Below, in pieces: positions 1-11,000 of a stretch of 64,000 nucleotides of DNA. Position 1 is the stretch's first letter; each line of letters opens with the position of its first letter. The notes below the pieces were generated by a model. It searched no databases, was not told the DNA's origin, and saw only the letters and a program-made list of their open reading frames with translations. The DNA comes from Eledone cirrhosa (taxonomy: Eukaryota), in NCBI GenBank assembly GCA_964016885.1, contig OZ024744.1, positions 27,590,001 through 27,654,000 on the forward strand, written 5' to 3'. A program made the translations under genes and the position numbers.

Positions 1-280
1 TCTTTGGAAAATTACCTGTCCTATGAGTTTGTCTCCTGATAAGTTCGAAACTCGAGATTTTATCCTTAATAGGATATCTCGAAACACGAACGACACACCA
101 GGGTAGGGACACAATCAGGGTAAGAGTGTACGTATTTCTTCTAACTTTAATTTTATACCTAATTGTGTATGGTTGACGGTATATTTAGTCGATTTCTATA
201 TGCTGTTGAAATGTTGGGTAAATATTCTATTGCGGTCGCGGCTGCTGTCGTTTATTTAACAAATATTTCTTCATAGGCGC

Positions 281-551
281 TGTTGTATTCCTCTCGGTAC
301 TCGCAGAGAAAACACGAGTTATATCAAATAATTTGTGTAATTTGCGAAACAACCAAAACGCCCCTCCTCGGAGTAGCAGAATAACATAAAGTAAGTAAGT
401 AGCAGTCTGTGACTGAGTTTTTAATACCAACGCTGACTGACTGCCCAGGTCACGTGATTCATATGCAAATGTGTGAGCACGTGTAAATTGAATAGAAATT
501 TAACAGTCCACAACAATGAGGTTGTGAGTTCGATTCCCAATCCATACAACA
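281..551 (-). repeat. 3' LTR (271 bp)
   Basis: Matches 4973-5246 with about 9 substitutions and a net 3-nt indel by manual comparison; terminal inverted repeat TGTTGTA/TACAACA. Confidence 0.95.
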
Positions 552-567
552 CCTCCCCACCGAAACT
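552..567 (-). promoter_or_regulatory. Polypurine tract (plus-strand primer)
   Basis: Minus strand reads AGTTTCGGTGGGGAGG immediately before the 3' LTR start TGTTGTA. Confidence 0.8.
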
Positions 568-755
568 GATGCGACAAAAGAAGCATCAATAGCAAAGTCT
601 CTCTGGGGGTTTACGAGTTCTCTTGGACCGTCTTCGATTGTCTGGTCCATACTCTGGAACGGGCAACAAGGTCTTGGGTCTGGTCTGTCTTGGAGTTAAT
701 GGCACGATTTCCGAGATCTCCATCGGGTGATCTGTTGCAAATTCAAAAACAGTGT

Positions 756-1945
756 CTACTGCATCACCAGGTTCATTTCTTCCTCAGTAGTGTACCGCGG
801 TTGCAGCTGTTCCCAGTGTCGTCTCCACACCGGGCCATGAGGTATGACCTTAACGTTGAAGCAGCGAGTACCCAATGACTTCTTAATGATTGCTGGTACC
901 CATCGGGGATCTTTGTCTCGGCGAGGTCCGTAGTACAGTGCATACACAGGATCTCCAGCCTTGTACTGCCTGGTAACCTTAGCGACACCTGCCGAGTCCG
1001 GAGTCATCTGAGATTTATCTGCTTCCTTAGACTGCTTGCCTTGAGCAATGTGTGCTGGCGAGGGCAGCAGAGAATCAATCCTTGTCCGTATCTGCCGGTG
1101 ATTCAAAAGTTCACTCGGAGATAATCCACTGGATGTCGGTGTTCTCCGGAACTGCATCAAGAACTCTTGATGTGCTCGCTTCGGCGGAAGAGAAGTTTTC
1201 CTCAGAGCTTGTTTGAAGGTCTGCACTAACCGTTCCGCTGCTCCGTTGGTAGCTGGGTGGTAAGGTGCCCCTGTCAGGTGCGTGATCCCACGTTCTTTGC
1301 ACCAGCTCTGGAACTCCTCAGAAATAAAAGTTGGTGCGTTATCGGTGACTAGCGTGTGAGGAAATCCGAAGTGCGCAAAGTCTTCTTCAAGCAGATCTAA
1401 AGTGGCTCTGGAGGACGTGGATGACGTAGGATGAATGCATGGATACTTGGAATAAGCATCCGTGATCACCAACCAATTACTGCCCATGAAATTTATTGCG
1501 TGGTCCAGGTGTAAGCGGCTCCACGGCTTTTCAGGTAACATCCATGGGTGAACTGGAGACTTGGATGGCTGGTTTTGATGTTCACCACACGAATCACATT
1601 GTCGACTGGTTTTCTCTATAGCAGCATCGATACCAGGCCAATAAACAGCAGTTCTTGCCAATTGTTTCATGCGCTCCATGCCAAAGTGTCCGAGATGCAG
1701 AAGATTGAGGATCTTTGGCTGTAGGCTATGTGGAATCACAACTCTCGATCCATGGATAAGGCATCCGTAGCAGATACTGAGTGAATCCGATAACTTCCGG
1801 AACTTATTGACTTCGTCATTGATCTCAGTATTCTTTGGTGGCCAGCCTTCACGGACCTAGCGTATCACTGTAGATATCACTGGATCTTTCCCTGACTCTT
1901 GACGGAGGACGTTAGCATCGATAGGTTGGACTTGAAGACTGAGAG
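756..1945 (-). pseudogene. Integrase portion of pol (HHCC + DDE), separated from RT/RH by a frameshift and an in-frame stop
   Basis: ORF 756..1739 has HLGH...CDSC zinc motif, RLHLDHA, VTDNAPTF and TNGAAERLVQTFK. Upstream in the same frame reads DPVISTVIR*VREGWP (TAG at 1858-1860). Frameshift near 1945 after MVCAIK. Confidence 0.9.
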
Positions 1946-4843
1946 TTTGATGGCGCACACCATGTCCATGTCTTCACCATTTTCCTTCCTGTCAAAGTCG
2001 ATGTCATTACCAAATGGCAAGCGACTGAGGGCATCTGCATTGCCATGATCCGCTGTTTTCCGATATTCGATGGTGTAGTCAAACTGGTTCAGCCACAGGG
2101 CCCACCGTGCTAGTCGGTTAGCAGCGAGAAGTGGCGTCTCTTTCCTCGGACTGAACAGTGATGTCAGTGGCTTGTGGTCAGTTACGAGTATAAACTGATG
2201 TCCGTACGGATACTGATAGAACTTCTGCAAGCCAAATATGATGGCCAGGGCTTCCTTTTGAATTTGGCCGTAGTTAGGCTGTGCAGAAGTAAGAGTCTTG
2301 GACACATTGGATATTGGGCGCTCGCTTCCATCAGGATAACGATGAAACAGGACTGCTCCAATACCAACGTTTGACGCGTCGCAAGCCAGTCCCAAAGTTT
2401 TGTTTGGATCGAAGTGTATCAGAACTCGATCCGATGAAAGCACATTTTTCAACTGATCGAAAGCTGACTGTTCTTCATCTCCCCACTTCCAAGTAGTCGT
2501 TTTTTTCGTAAGGCAATAGAGTGGCTCTGCCATGCTGGCCAGGTTTGGTATAAACTTTCCATAGAACTGAACTGAACCCAGGAAAGACTTCAAGCTTGAG
2601 ACGTTCGTTGGAGGTGGCATCTTTAAAATTGATTCGACCTTGGATCCCTTCGCGATCCCTTCAGCCGACAAGGTGTGTCCAAGGTATTCCACACTGGGTA
2701 GTGCAAACTGGCACTTGTCACGGCGACATCTGAGTCCTTTGTCGCACAGACGTGTGAGCAGACACTTTAGGTTGTTCAGGTGATCGTTTGCATCTTTCCC
2801 ACTGACGAGCATGTCGTCCTGGAAGACGGCCACACCAGGTATATCTTGAGTCAGGTTTTCCATGATCTCCTGAAAGTAACCAGGTGCTGACTTGATTATG
2901 AAAGGGAGTCGTTCCTGCAGGAGCACACCACGGTGAGTGCTGAGTGCAAGCCTGCGTTGACTTTCTGGAGCCAGCTTGATTTGATTATAGGCATCAGCAA
3001 CATCAATCTTTGTGTATCCGAATCCACCTCCGAGCTTCTGCATCAGTTCCTCTGGGAGTGGCATTGAATGACGATGATCTGCAAGTTGGTCATTAATTCC
3101 CACAGAGTAGTCACCACAAATCCGTAGTTTGGGCTTCAGGTTGCCTGAAGTATGTGCTTTACGAATCGGTACCACTGGCGTTCCGTATTCGTTGAACTGT
3201 ACTGGCTTCCAGATTCCTTTGGCGATGCCTTCTTCGTAACCTTTGGCCAGGTCATCACGAAGAGCAAACGGGACCGGGCGTGCCTTGTGAAAGACCGGTG
3301 TCGCGTCCGACTTGAACTTCACTTCCAGTTCGAAGTCATTAAGACATCCCAATTCTTGCTTGAAGAGATCTGGGAATTCATCACACATGTTGTGACAATC
3401 TCGTTGCATGGAAATATAAGGCTCATTTGAGGTCTTTGGATGCATTACTTCTGCACCCTCACTCTTGGCCTGGCTGTCTATGCTTTTCAATCCTAGAGCA
3501 TTGTCCACGGAAATTCCCAGAGTCTGGATAGCGTTTCGTCCCAGCAAATTAAGATCAGGGATCTTGGTGACGATGTAGGGTATTGAATTCCGTTTACCGG
3601 TCGTTGGATCCTTGGTTTGGCCCATGAAAGTTCCCAGAACGGGCAGGTCGTGCTTGCTGGCAGATTCAAACCGATGTTTGACATCTTGCAGCTTCGGTTT
3701 TCCTAATTGTTTCCAAACTGACAAGGAAACAAAATTGCCTGTAGTAGCTGTGTCCAATTCCATTGTGAAAAGTCTGTTCTGGATTGTTATTGGCACATTC
3801 AAACTATGAGTATCGTGGGGAACTTCACCAAGGATCGCCTTGACTAGCTCAGCTTTCGTGATTCTTTTCACGTAATTCTGTGAGCGATGATTACGTTGCT
3901 GATGTTGTTTCTTTCTACACACCGCTTGCAAATGTCCCTTTTTATCACAAAAATGACATTTGGCTTCTTTGAAGGGACAGTCTGTCGCTTTGTGGGCCTT
4001 TCCACATCGGTAGCACATCTCCTGGTCTGTGGAATAAGACTGCTGATAGTTCTTTCGAGGGCCCTTGTTCTTGTTCTGCTGGACCTTGTAGACTTGCTTG
4101 GTTTTGGAACCGTAAACAGTTTCCTTGGCAACCTTTGCTGCGTCTTCGGTCCCGATGGCAACTTGGACAGTACGGGCGAAATCTAGTTCTGTATCCTTGA
4201 TCTTGAAAATAGCCTTCAACAAAGCTTCATTATTGACAGAACATATAAATCTCTGTCTTAGAGCTTCATCTTGTGGATTTGTGATCGAAGGAAAATCACA
4301 GGTAGCTGCATCCTGACGTATACGTGCTGCCAGCTCCTGGAGAGTTTCGCCTGGCTTCCGTTGCATGTCACTCCAGAACTTGAAAAGTTCTCTCACAATG
4401 AACAGTTTTGGGTCGAACTGTTCTTTCATGAAGTCAACAAATTCGTCCATTGTCAACTTGTTGATATTCTTAGGCGGATTTTGTTGAGCAGCCAGATTTG
4501 CAAGTTGTTTGTAGATAGCAGCCGTCTGATTAGTCAGGAACACTTGTGCCATGCGTTGCTCGGGTACAGCGTTAGCAGCCACAAACGTGCAGAATCTTGA
4601 CCAGTAATCAAGCCATAGTTCTGTTGTTGAATCAAAAGCAGCAAATGGTGGGATGAATGCTGTTGGTGTCGAAGCAACTGGCGACGCCAATAAACTCTGT
4701 TGTTCAGAATCTCGAGCACCAAACAGTTTTATCAGAGTGTCCATATCTTTCTTGTGTTGTTGCATTTGTTGTTCCTGTTGCATTTGTTGTTCCATCTGTT
4801 CTCTAAACAACTTTATTAGCTCCGCTGTTTGTTGTTCCGCCAT
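1877..4843 (-). CDS. Gag-Pol polyprotein (gag with two zinc knuckles, aspartic protease, RT, RNase H), frameshifted before integrase
   Basis: Likely start MAEQQTAELIK (ATG at 4843). Motifs: CYRCGKAHKATDC and CHFCDKKGHLQAVC knuckles; MELDTATTGNF protease; RICGDYS, FQDD RT; CDASNVGIGAVL, TDHKPL, NADALSRLP RNase H. Confidence 0.92.
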   Translation of the reverse strand: MAEQQTAELIKLFREQMEQQMQQEQQMQQHKKDMDTLIKLFGARDSEQQSLLASPVASTPTAFIPPFAAFDSTTELWLDYWSRFCTFVAANAVPEQRMAQVFLTNQTAAIYKQLANLAAQQNPPKNINKLTMDEFVDFMKEQFDPKLFIVRELFKFWSDMQRKPGETLQELAARIRQDAATCDFPSITNPQDEALRQRFICSVNNEALLKAIFKIKDTELDFARTVQVAIGTEDAAKVAKETVYGSKTKQVYKVQQNKNKGPRKNYQQSYSTDQEMCYRCGKAHKATDCPFKEAKCHFCDKKGHLQAVCRKKQHQQRNHRSQNYVKRITKAELVKAILGEVPHDTHSLNVPITIQNRLFTMELDTATTGNFVSLSVWKQLGKPKLQDVKHRFESASKHDLPVLGTFMGQTKDPTTGKRNSIPYIVTKIPDLNLLGRNAIQTLGISVDNALGLKSIDSQAKSEGAEVMHPKTSNEPYISMQRDCHNMCDEFPDLFKQELGCLNDFELEVKFKSDATPVFHKARPVPFALRDDLAKGYEEGIAKGIWKPVQFNEYGTPVVPIRKAHTSGNLKPKLRICGDYSVGINDQLADHRHSMPLPEELMQKLGGGFGYTKIDVADAYNQIKLAPESQRRLALSTHRGVLLQERLPFIIKSAPGYFQEIMENLTQDIPGVAVFQDDMLVSGKDANDHLNNLKCLLTRLCDKGLRCRRDKCQFALPSVEYLGHTLSAEGIAKGSKVESILKMPPPTNVSSLKSFLGSVQFYGKFIPNLASMAEPLYCLTKKTTTWKWGDEEQSAFDQLKNVLSSDRVLIHFDPNKTLGLACDASNVGIGAVLFHRYPDGSERPISNVSKTLTSAQPNYGQIQKEALAIIFGLQKFYQYPYGHQFILVTDHKPLTSLFSPRKETPLLAANRLARWALWLNQFDYTIEYRKTADHGNADALSRLPFGNDIDFDRKENGEDMDMVCAIKLSVFKSNLSMLTSSVKSQGKIQ

Positions 4844-4865
4844 GTTTTTGTGATAAACAATTTCC

Positions 4866-4955
4866 CGGCAATGTAGGTAAATCCTATCGGCAATGTAGGT
4901 AAATCCTATCGGCAATGTAGGTAAATCCTATCGGCAATGTAGGTAAATCCTATCG
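4866..4955. repeat. 4 perfect tandem copies of 22-bp CGGCAATGTAGGTAAATCCTAT in the 5' leader
   Basis: Units start at 4866, 4888, 4910 and 4932. Confidence 0.95.
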
Positions 4956-4964
4956 TCGACGCCA
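4946..4964 (-). promoter_or_regulatory. Primer-binding site, tRNA-Ser-like
   Basis: Minus strand TGGCGTCGACGATAGGATT, 8 nt after the 5' LTR. It resembles the complement of metazoan tRNA-Ser 3' ends (TGGCGTAGTCGGCAGGATT / TGGCGTCACGAACAGGATT, recalled). Confidence 0.65.
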
Positions 4965-4972
4965 ATAAACTC

Positions 4973-5246
4973 TGTTGTATTCCTCTCGGTACTCGCAGAG
5001 AAAAAACAACGAGTTATATCAAATAATTTGTGTAATTTGCGAAATAACCAAAACGCCCCTCCTCGCAGTAGCAGAATAACACAAAGTAAGTAAGTAGCAG
5101 TCTGTGAACGAGTTTTTAATACCAACGCTTACTGACTGCCCAGGTCACGTGATTCATATGCAAATGTGTGAGCACGTGTAAATTGAATATAAATTTAACA
5201 GTCCACAACAATGAGGTTGTGAATTCGATTCCCAGTCCATACAACA
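4973..5246 (-). repeat. 5' LTR (274 bp)
   Basis: Direct repeat of 281-551, followed by TSD GGCGC. Confidence 0.95.
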
Positions 5247-5359
5247 GGCGCCTTTATTCTTATAGCCTGGTCTAATTGATTTTTTATGTGGTTAATTATG
5301 CTAATTGGGAGAGGAAATGGTGTATATATTTTATCAAATGATTCTATGGACATACTTTA

Positions 5360-5486
<127 letters not shown>

Positions 5487-5673
5487 TATTCAGGACCCCC
5501 AAAACTTATCTCTCACCATTTCGAACGCTAGATCCAACCTGTTCGGATCTAGTCAATGAAATGGCCGGAGCTCAGCCGTCGGGATCCTGAATCTTTTAAT
5601 ATTACCCACTCTACTAACCCAAATATCGATTACTCAGGTGGATTATGGCCTACCTAGTTTATACCATACTCTA

Positions 5674-5717
<44 letters not shown>

Positions 5718-5720
<3 letters not shown>

Positions 5721-7118
5721 ATACACCACACCACCACTACCATACACCACACCATCACTACCATACACCACACCAACACTATCATATACCACCACACCAA
5801 CACTACCATACACCACACCAAGACTACCATATACCACACCAACACTACCATACACCACACCAACACTACCATACACCACACCAACACTACCATACACCAC
5901 ACCAACACCACCATACACCACACAACACTACCATACACCACCACGCCAACACTACCGTACACCACACCAGCACTACCGTACACCACACCAACCCTACCAT
6001 ACACCACACCAACACTATCATATACCACCACACCAACAATACCATACACCACCACACCAACACTACCGTACACCACACCAGCACTATCGTACACCACACC
6101 AACCCTACCATACACCACACCAACACTACCATACACCACACCAACACTACCATACACCACACCAGCACTACCGTACACCACACCAACCCTACCATACACC
6201 ACACCAACACTACCATACACCACACCAACACTACCATACACCACACCAACACTACCATACACCACACCAACACTACCATACACCACACCAACACTACCAT
6301 ATACCACACCAACACTACCATACACCACACCAACACTAACATACACCACACCAACATTACCATACACCACACCACCACTACCATACACCACACAACACTA
6401 CCATACACCATACCAACACTACCATACACCACACAACACTACCATACACCACACCAACAATACCATATACCACACCGACACTACCGTACACCACCACGCC
6501 AACACTACCGTACACCACACCAACACTACCGTACACCACCACAGCAACATTACCATACACCACACCAACACTACCATACACCACACCAACACTACCATAC
6601 ACCACTACTTCAACACTACCATACACCACCACGCCAACACTACCGTACACCACACCAACACTACCATACACCACCACACCAACACTACCGTACACCACAC
6701 CAACACTACCGTACACCACACCAACACTACCATACACCACCACGCCAACACTACCGTACACCACACCAACACTACCGTACACCACACCAGCACTACCGTT
6801 CACCACACCAACACTACCATACACCACACCAACACTACCATACACCACCACACCAACACTACCGTACACCACACCAACACTACCATACACCACCACACCA
6901 ACACTACCGTACACCACACCAACACTACCGTACACCACACCAGCACTACCGTTCACCACACCAACACTACCATACACCACACCAACACTACCGTACACCA
7001 CACCAACACTACCATACACCACCACACCAACACTACCGTACACCACACCAACACTACCGTACACCACACCAGCACTACCGTTCACCACACCAACACTACC
7101 ATACACCACACAACACTA
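5718..7118 (+). repeat. 21-bp minisatellite, C/A-rich orientation (CACCACACCAACACTACCATA)n
   Basis: Tandem 21-bp units with 24-bp (+CAC) and shorter variants; reverse complement of the 8049-14610 array. Confidence 0.95.
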
Positions 7119-8048
<930 letters not shown>

Positions 8049-11000
8049 TAGTGTTGTGTGGTGTATGGTAGTGTTGGTGTGGTGAACGGTAGTGCTGGTG
8101 TGGTGTACGGTAGTGTTGGTGTGGTGTACGGTAGTGTTGGTGTGGTGGTGTATGGTAGTGTTGGTGTGGTGTACGGTAGTGTTGGTGTGGTGTACGGTAG
8201 TGTTGGCGTGGTGGTGTATGGTAGTGTTGGTGTGGTGTACGGTAGTGTTGGTGTGGTGTATGGTAGTGTTGGTGTGGTGTACGGTAGTGTTGGTGTGGTG
8301 TACGGTAGTGTTGGCGTGGTGGTGTATAGTAGTGTTGAAGTAGTGGTGTATGGTAGTGTTGGTGTGGTGTATGGTAGTGTTGGTGTGGTGTATGGTAATG
8401 TTGCTGTGGTGGTGTACGGTAGTGTTGGTGTGATGTATGGTAGTGTCGGTGTGGTGTATGGTAGTGTTGGTGTGGTGTATGGTAGTGTTGGTGTGGTGTA
8501 CGGTAGTGTTGGTGTGGTGTACGGTAGTGTTGGCGTGGTGGTGTATGGTAGTGTTGAAGTAGTGGTGTATGGTAGTGTTGGTGTGGTGTATGGTAGTGTT
8601 GGTGTGGTGTATGGTAGTGTTGGTGTGTTGTATGGTAGTGTTGGTATGTTGTATGGTAGTGTTGGTGTGCTGTATGGTAGTGTTGGTGTGGTGTTTGGTA
8701 GTATTGGAGTGGTGTATGGTAGTGTTGGTGTGGTGTATGATAGTGTTGGTGTGGTGTATGATAGTGTTGGTGTGGTGTATGGTAGTGTTGGTGTGGTGTA
8801 TGGTAGTGTTGGTGTGGTGTATGGTAGTGTTGGTATGGTGTTTGGTAGTATTGGTGTGGTGTATGGTAGTGTTGCTGTGGTGTATGGTAGTGTTGGTGTG
8901 GTGTATGGTAGTGTTGGTGTGGTGTTTGGTAGTATTGGTGTGGTGTATGGTAGTGTTGGTGTGGTGTATGGTAGTGTTGGTGTGGTGTATGGTAGTGTTG
9001 GTGTGGTATATGGTAATGTTGGGGTGGTGTATGGTAGTGTTGGTGTGGTGTATGGTAGTCTTGCTGTGGTGTATGGTAGTCTTGCTGTGGTGTATGATAG
9101 TGTTGGTGTGGTGTATGGTAGTGTTGGTGTGGTGTATGGTAGTGTTGGTGTGATGTATGGTAGTGTTGGTGTGGTGTATGGTAGTGTTGTTATGGTGTAT
9201 GGTAGTGTATAGTAGTGTTGGTATGTTGTATGGTAGTGTTTGTGTGGTGTATGATAGTGTTTGTGTGGTGTATGGTAGTGTTGGTGTGGTTGTGTATGAT
9301 AGTGTTGGTGTGGTGGTGTATTGTAATGTTGGTGTAGTCTATGGTAGTGTTGGTGTGGTGTATGGTACTGTTGGTGTTGTGTATGGTAGTGTTAGTGGTG
9401 TGGTGGTGTATGGTAGTGTTGGTGTGGTGTATGGTAGTGTTGGTGTGGTGTATGGTAGTGTTGGTGTGTTGTATGGTAGTGTTGGTGTGGTGTATGCTAG
9501 TGTTGGTGTGGTGTATGGTAGTGTGGTGTGGTGTATGGTAGTGTTGGAATGGTGTATGGTAGTGTTGGTGTGGTATATGGTAGTGTTGGTGTGGTGTATG
9601 CTAGTGTTGGTGTGGTGTATGGTAGTGTTGTGTGGTGTATGGTAGTGTTGGTATGGTGTATGGTAGTGGTGGCGTGGTGTATGGTAGTGTTGGTGTGGTG
9701 TATGGTAGTGTTGGTGTGGTGTATGGTAGTGTTGGTGTGGTAGTGTATGGTAGTGTTGCTATGTTGTATGGTAGTGTTGGTGTGGTGTATGGTAGTCTTG
9801 GTGTGGTTGTGTATGGTAGTGTTAGTGGTGTGGTGGTGTATGGTAGTGTTGGTGTAGTGTATGGTAGTGGTGTTGTGGTGTATGGTAGTGTTGGTGTGGT
9901 GTATGGTAGTGTTGGTGTGGTGTATGGTAGTGTTGGTGTGTTGTATGGTAGTGCTGGTATGTTGTATGGTAGTGTGGTGTGGTGTATGGTAGTGTTGGTA
10001 TGGTGTATGGTATTGTTGGTGTGGTATATGGTAGTGTTGGTGTGGTGGCGTATGGTAGTGTTGGTGTGGTGGTGTATGGTAGTGTGGTGTGGTGTATGGT
10101 AGTGTTGGTGTGGTGTATGGTAGTGTTGGTGTGGTGTATGGTAGTGTTGGTGTGGTGGTGTATGGTAGTGTTGGTATGTTGTATGGTAGTCTTGGTGTGG
10201 TTGTGTATGGTAGTGTTAGTGGTGTGGTGGTGTATGGTAGTGTTGGTGTAGTGTATGGTAGTGGTGTTGTGGTGTATGGTAGTGTTGGTGTGCTGTATGG
10301 TAGTGTTGGTGTGGTGTATGGTAGTGTTGGTGTGGTGTATGGTAGTCTTGGTGTGGTTGTGTATGATAGTGTTGGTGTGGTGGTGTATGGTAGTTTTTGT
10401 GTGGTTGTGTAAGGTAGTGTTGCTGTGGTGGTGTATTGTAATGTTGGTGTAGTGTATGGTAGTGTTGGTGTGGTGTATGGTAGTGTTGGTGTGGTGTATG
10501 GTAGTGTTGGTGTGTTGTATGGTAGTGTTGGTATGTTGTATGGTAGTGTTGGTGTGCTGTATGGTAGTGTTGGTGTGGTGTTTGGTAGTGTTGGTGTGGT
10601 GTATGGTAGTCTTGGTGTGGTTGTGTATGATAGTGTTGGTGTGGTGGTGTATGGTAGTTTTTGTGTGGTTGTGTAAGGTAGTGTTGGTGTGGTGGTGTAT
10701 TGTAATGTTGGTGTAGTGTATGATAGTGTTGGTGTGGTGTATGGTACTGTTGGTGTTGTGTATGGTAGTGTTAGTGGTGTGGTGGTGTACAGTAGTGTTG
10801 GTGTAGTGTATGGTAGTGGTGGTATGGTGTATGGTAGTGTTGGTGTGGTGTATGGTAGTGTTGGTGTAGTGTATGGTAGTGTTGGTGTGGTTGTGTATGA
10901 TAGTGTTGGTGTGGTGGTGTATGGTAGTTTTTGTGTGGTTGTGTAAGGTAGTGTTGGTGTGGTGGTGTATTGTAATGTTGGTGTAGTGTATGGTAGTGTT

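Larger units (their letters stand above)
281..5246 (-). mobile_element. Full-length Ty3/Gypsy LTR retrotransposon (Mag / K02A2.6-like), inactivated
   Basis: Two ~270-bp direct LTRs bounded by TGTTGTA...TACAACA; 5-bp TSD GGCGC at 276-280 and 5247-5251; gag-PR-RT-RH-IN domain order on the minus strand; PBS-like and PPT sequences adjacent to the LTRs. Confidence 0.96.

Noticed and set aside
33-95. CTGATAA...hairpin...CGAAAC, a possible hammerhead remnant
   Set aside because: The core deviates from CUGANGA, the spacing to the hairpin is wrong, and there is no NUH or stem I support.
500-545. Functional tRNA gene
   Set aside because: Only a T-loop/B-box-like motif is present, with no cloverleaf or acceptor stem. 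The same applies to the SINE head at 15298-15374.
1858-1950. Programmed frameshift or readthrough between RNase H and integrase
   Set aside because: Both a frameshift and a stop are present at a position where Gypsy pol is normally continuous, so simple decay is more likely.
4866-4955. CRISPR-like array
   Set aside because: The repeats are contiguous with no spacers; eukaryotic retrotransposon context; no cas genes.
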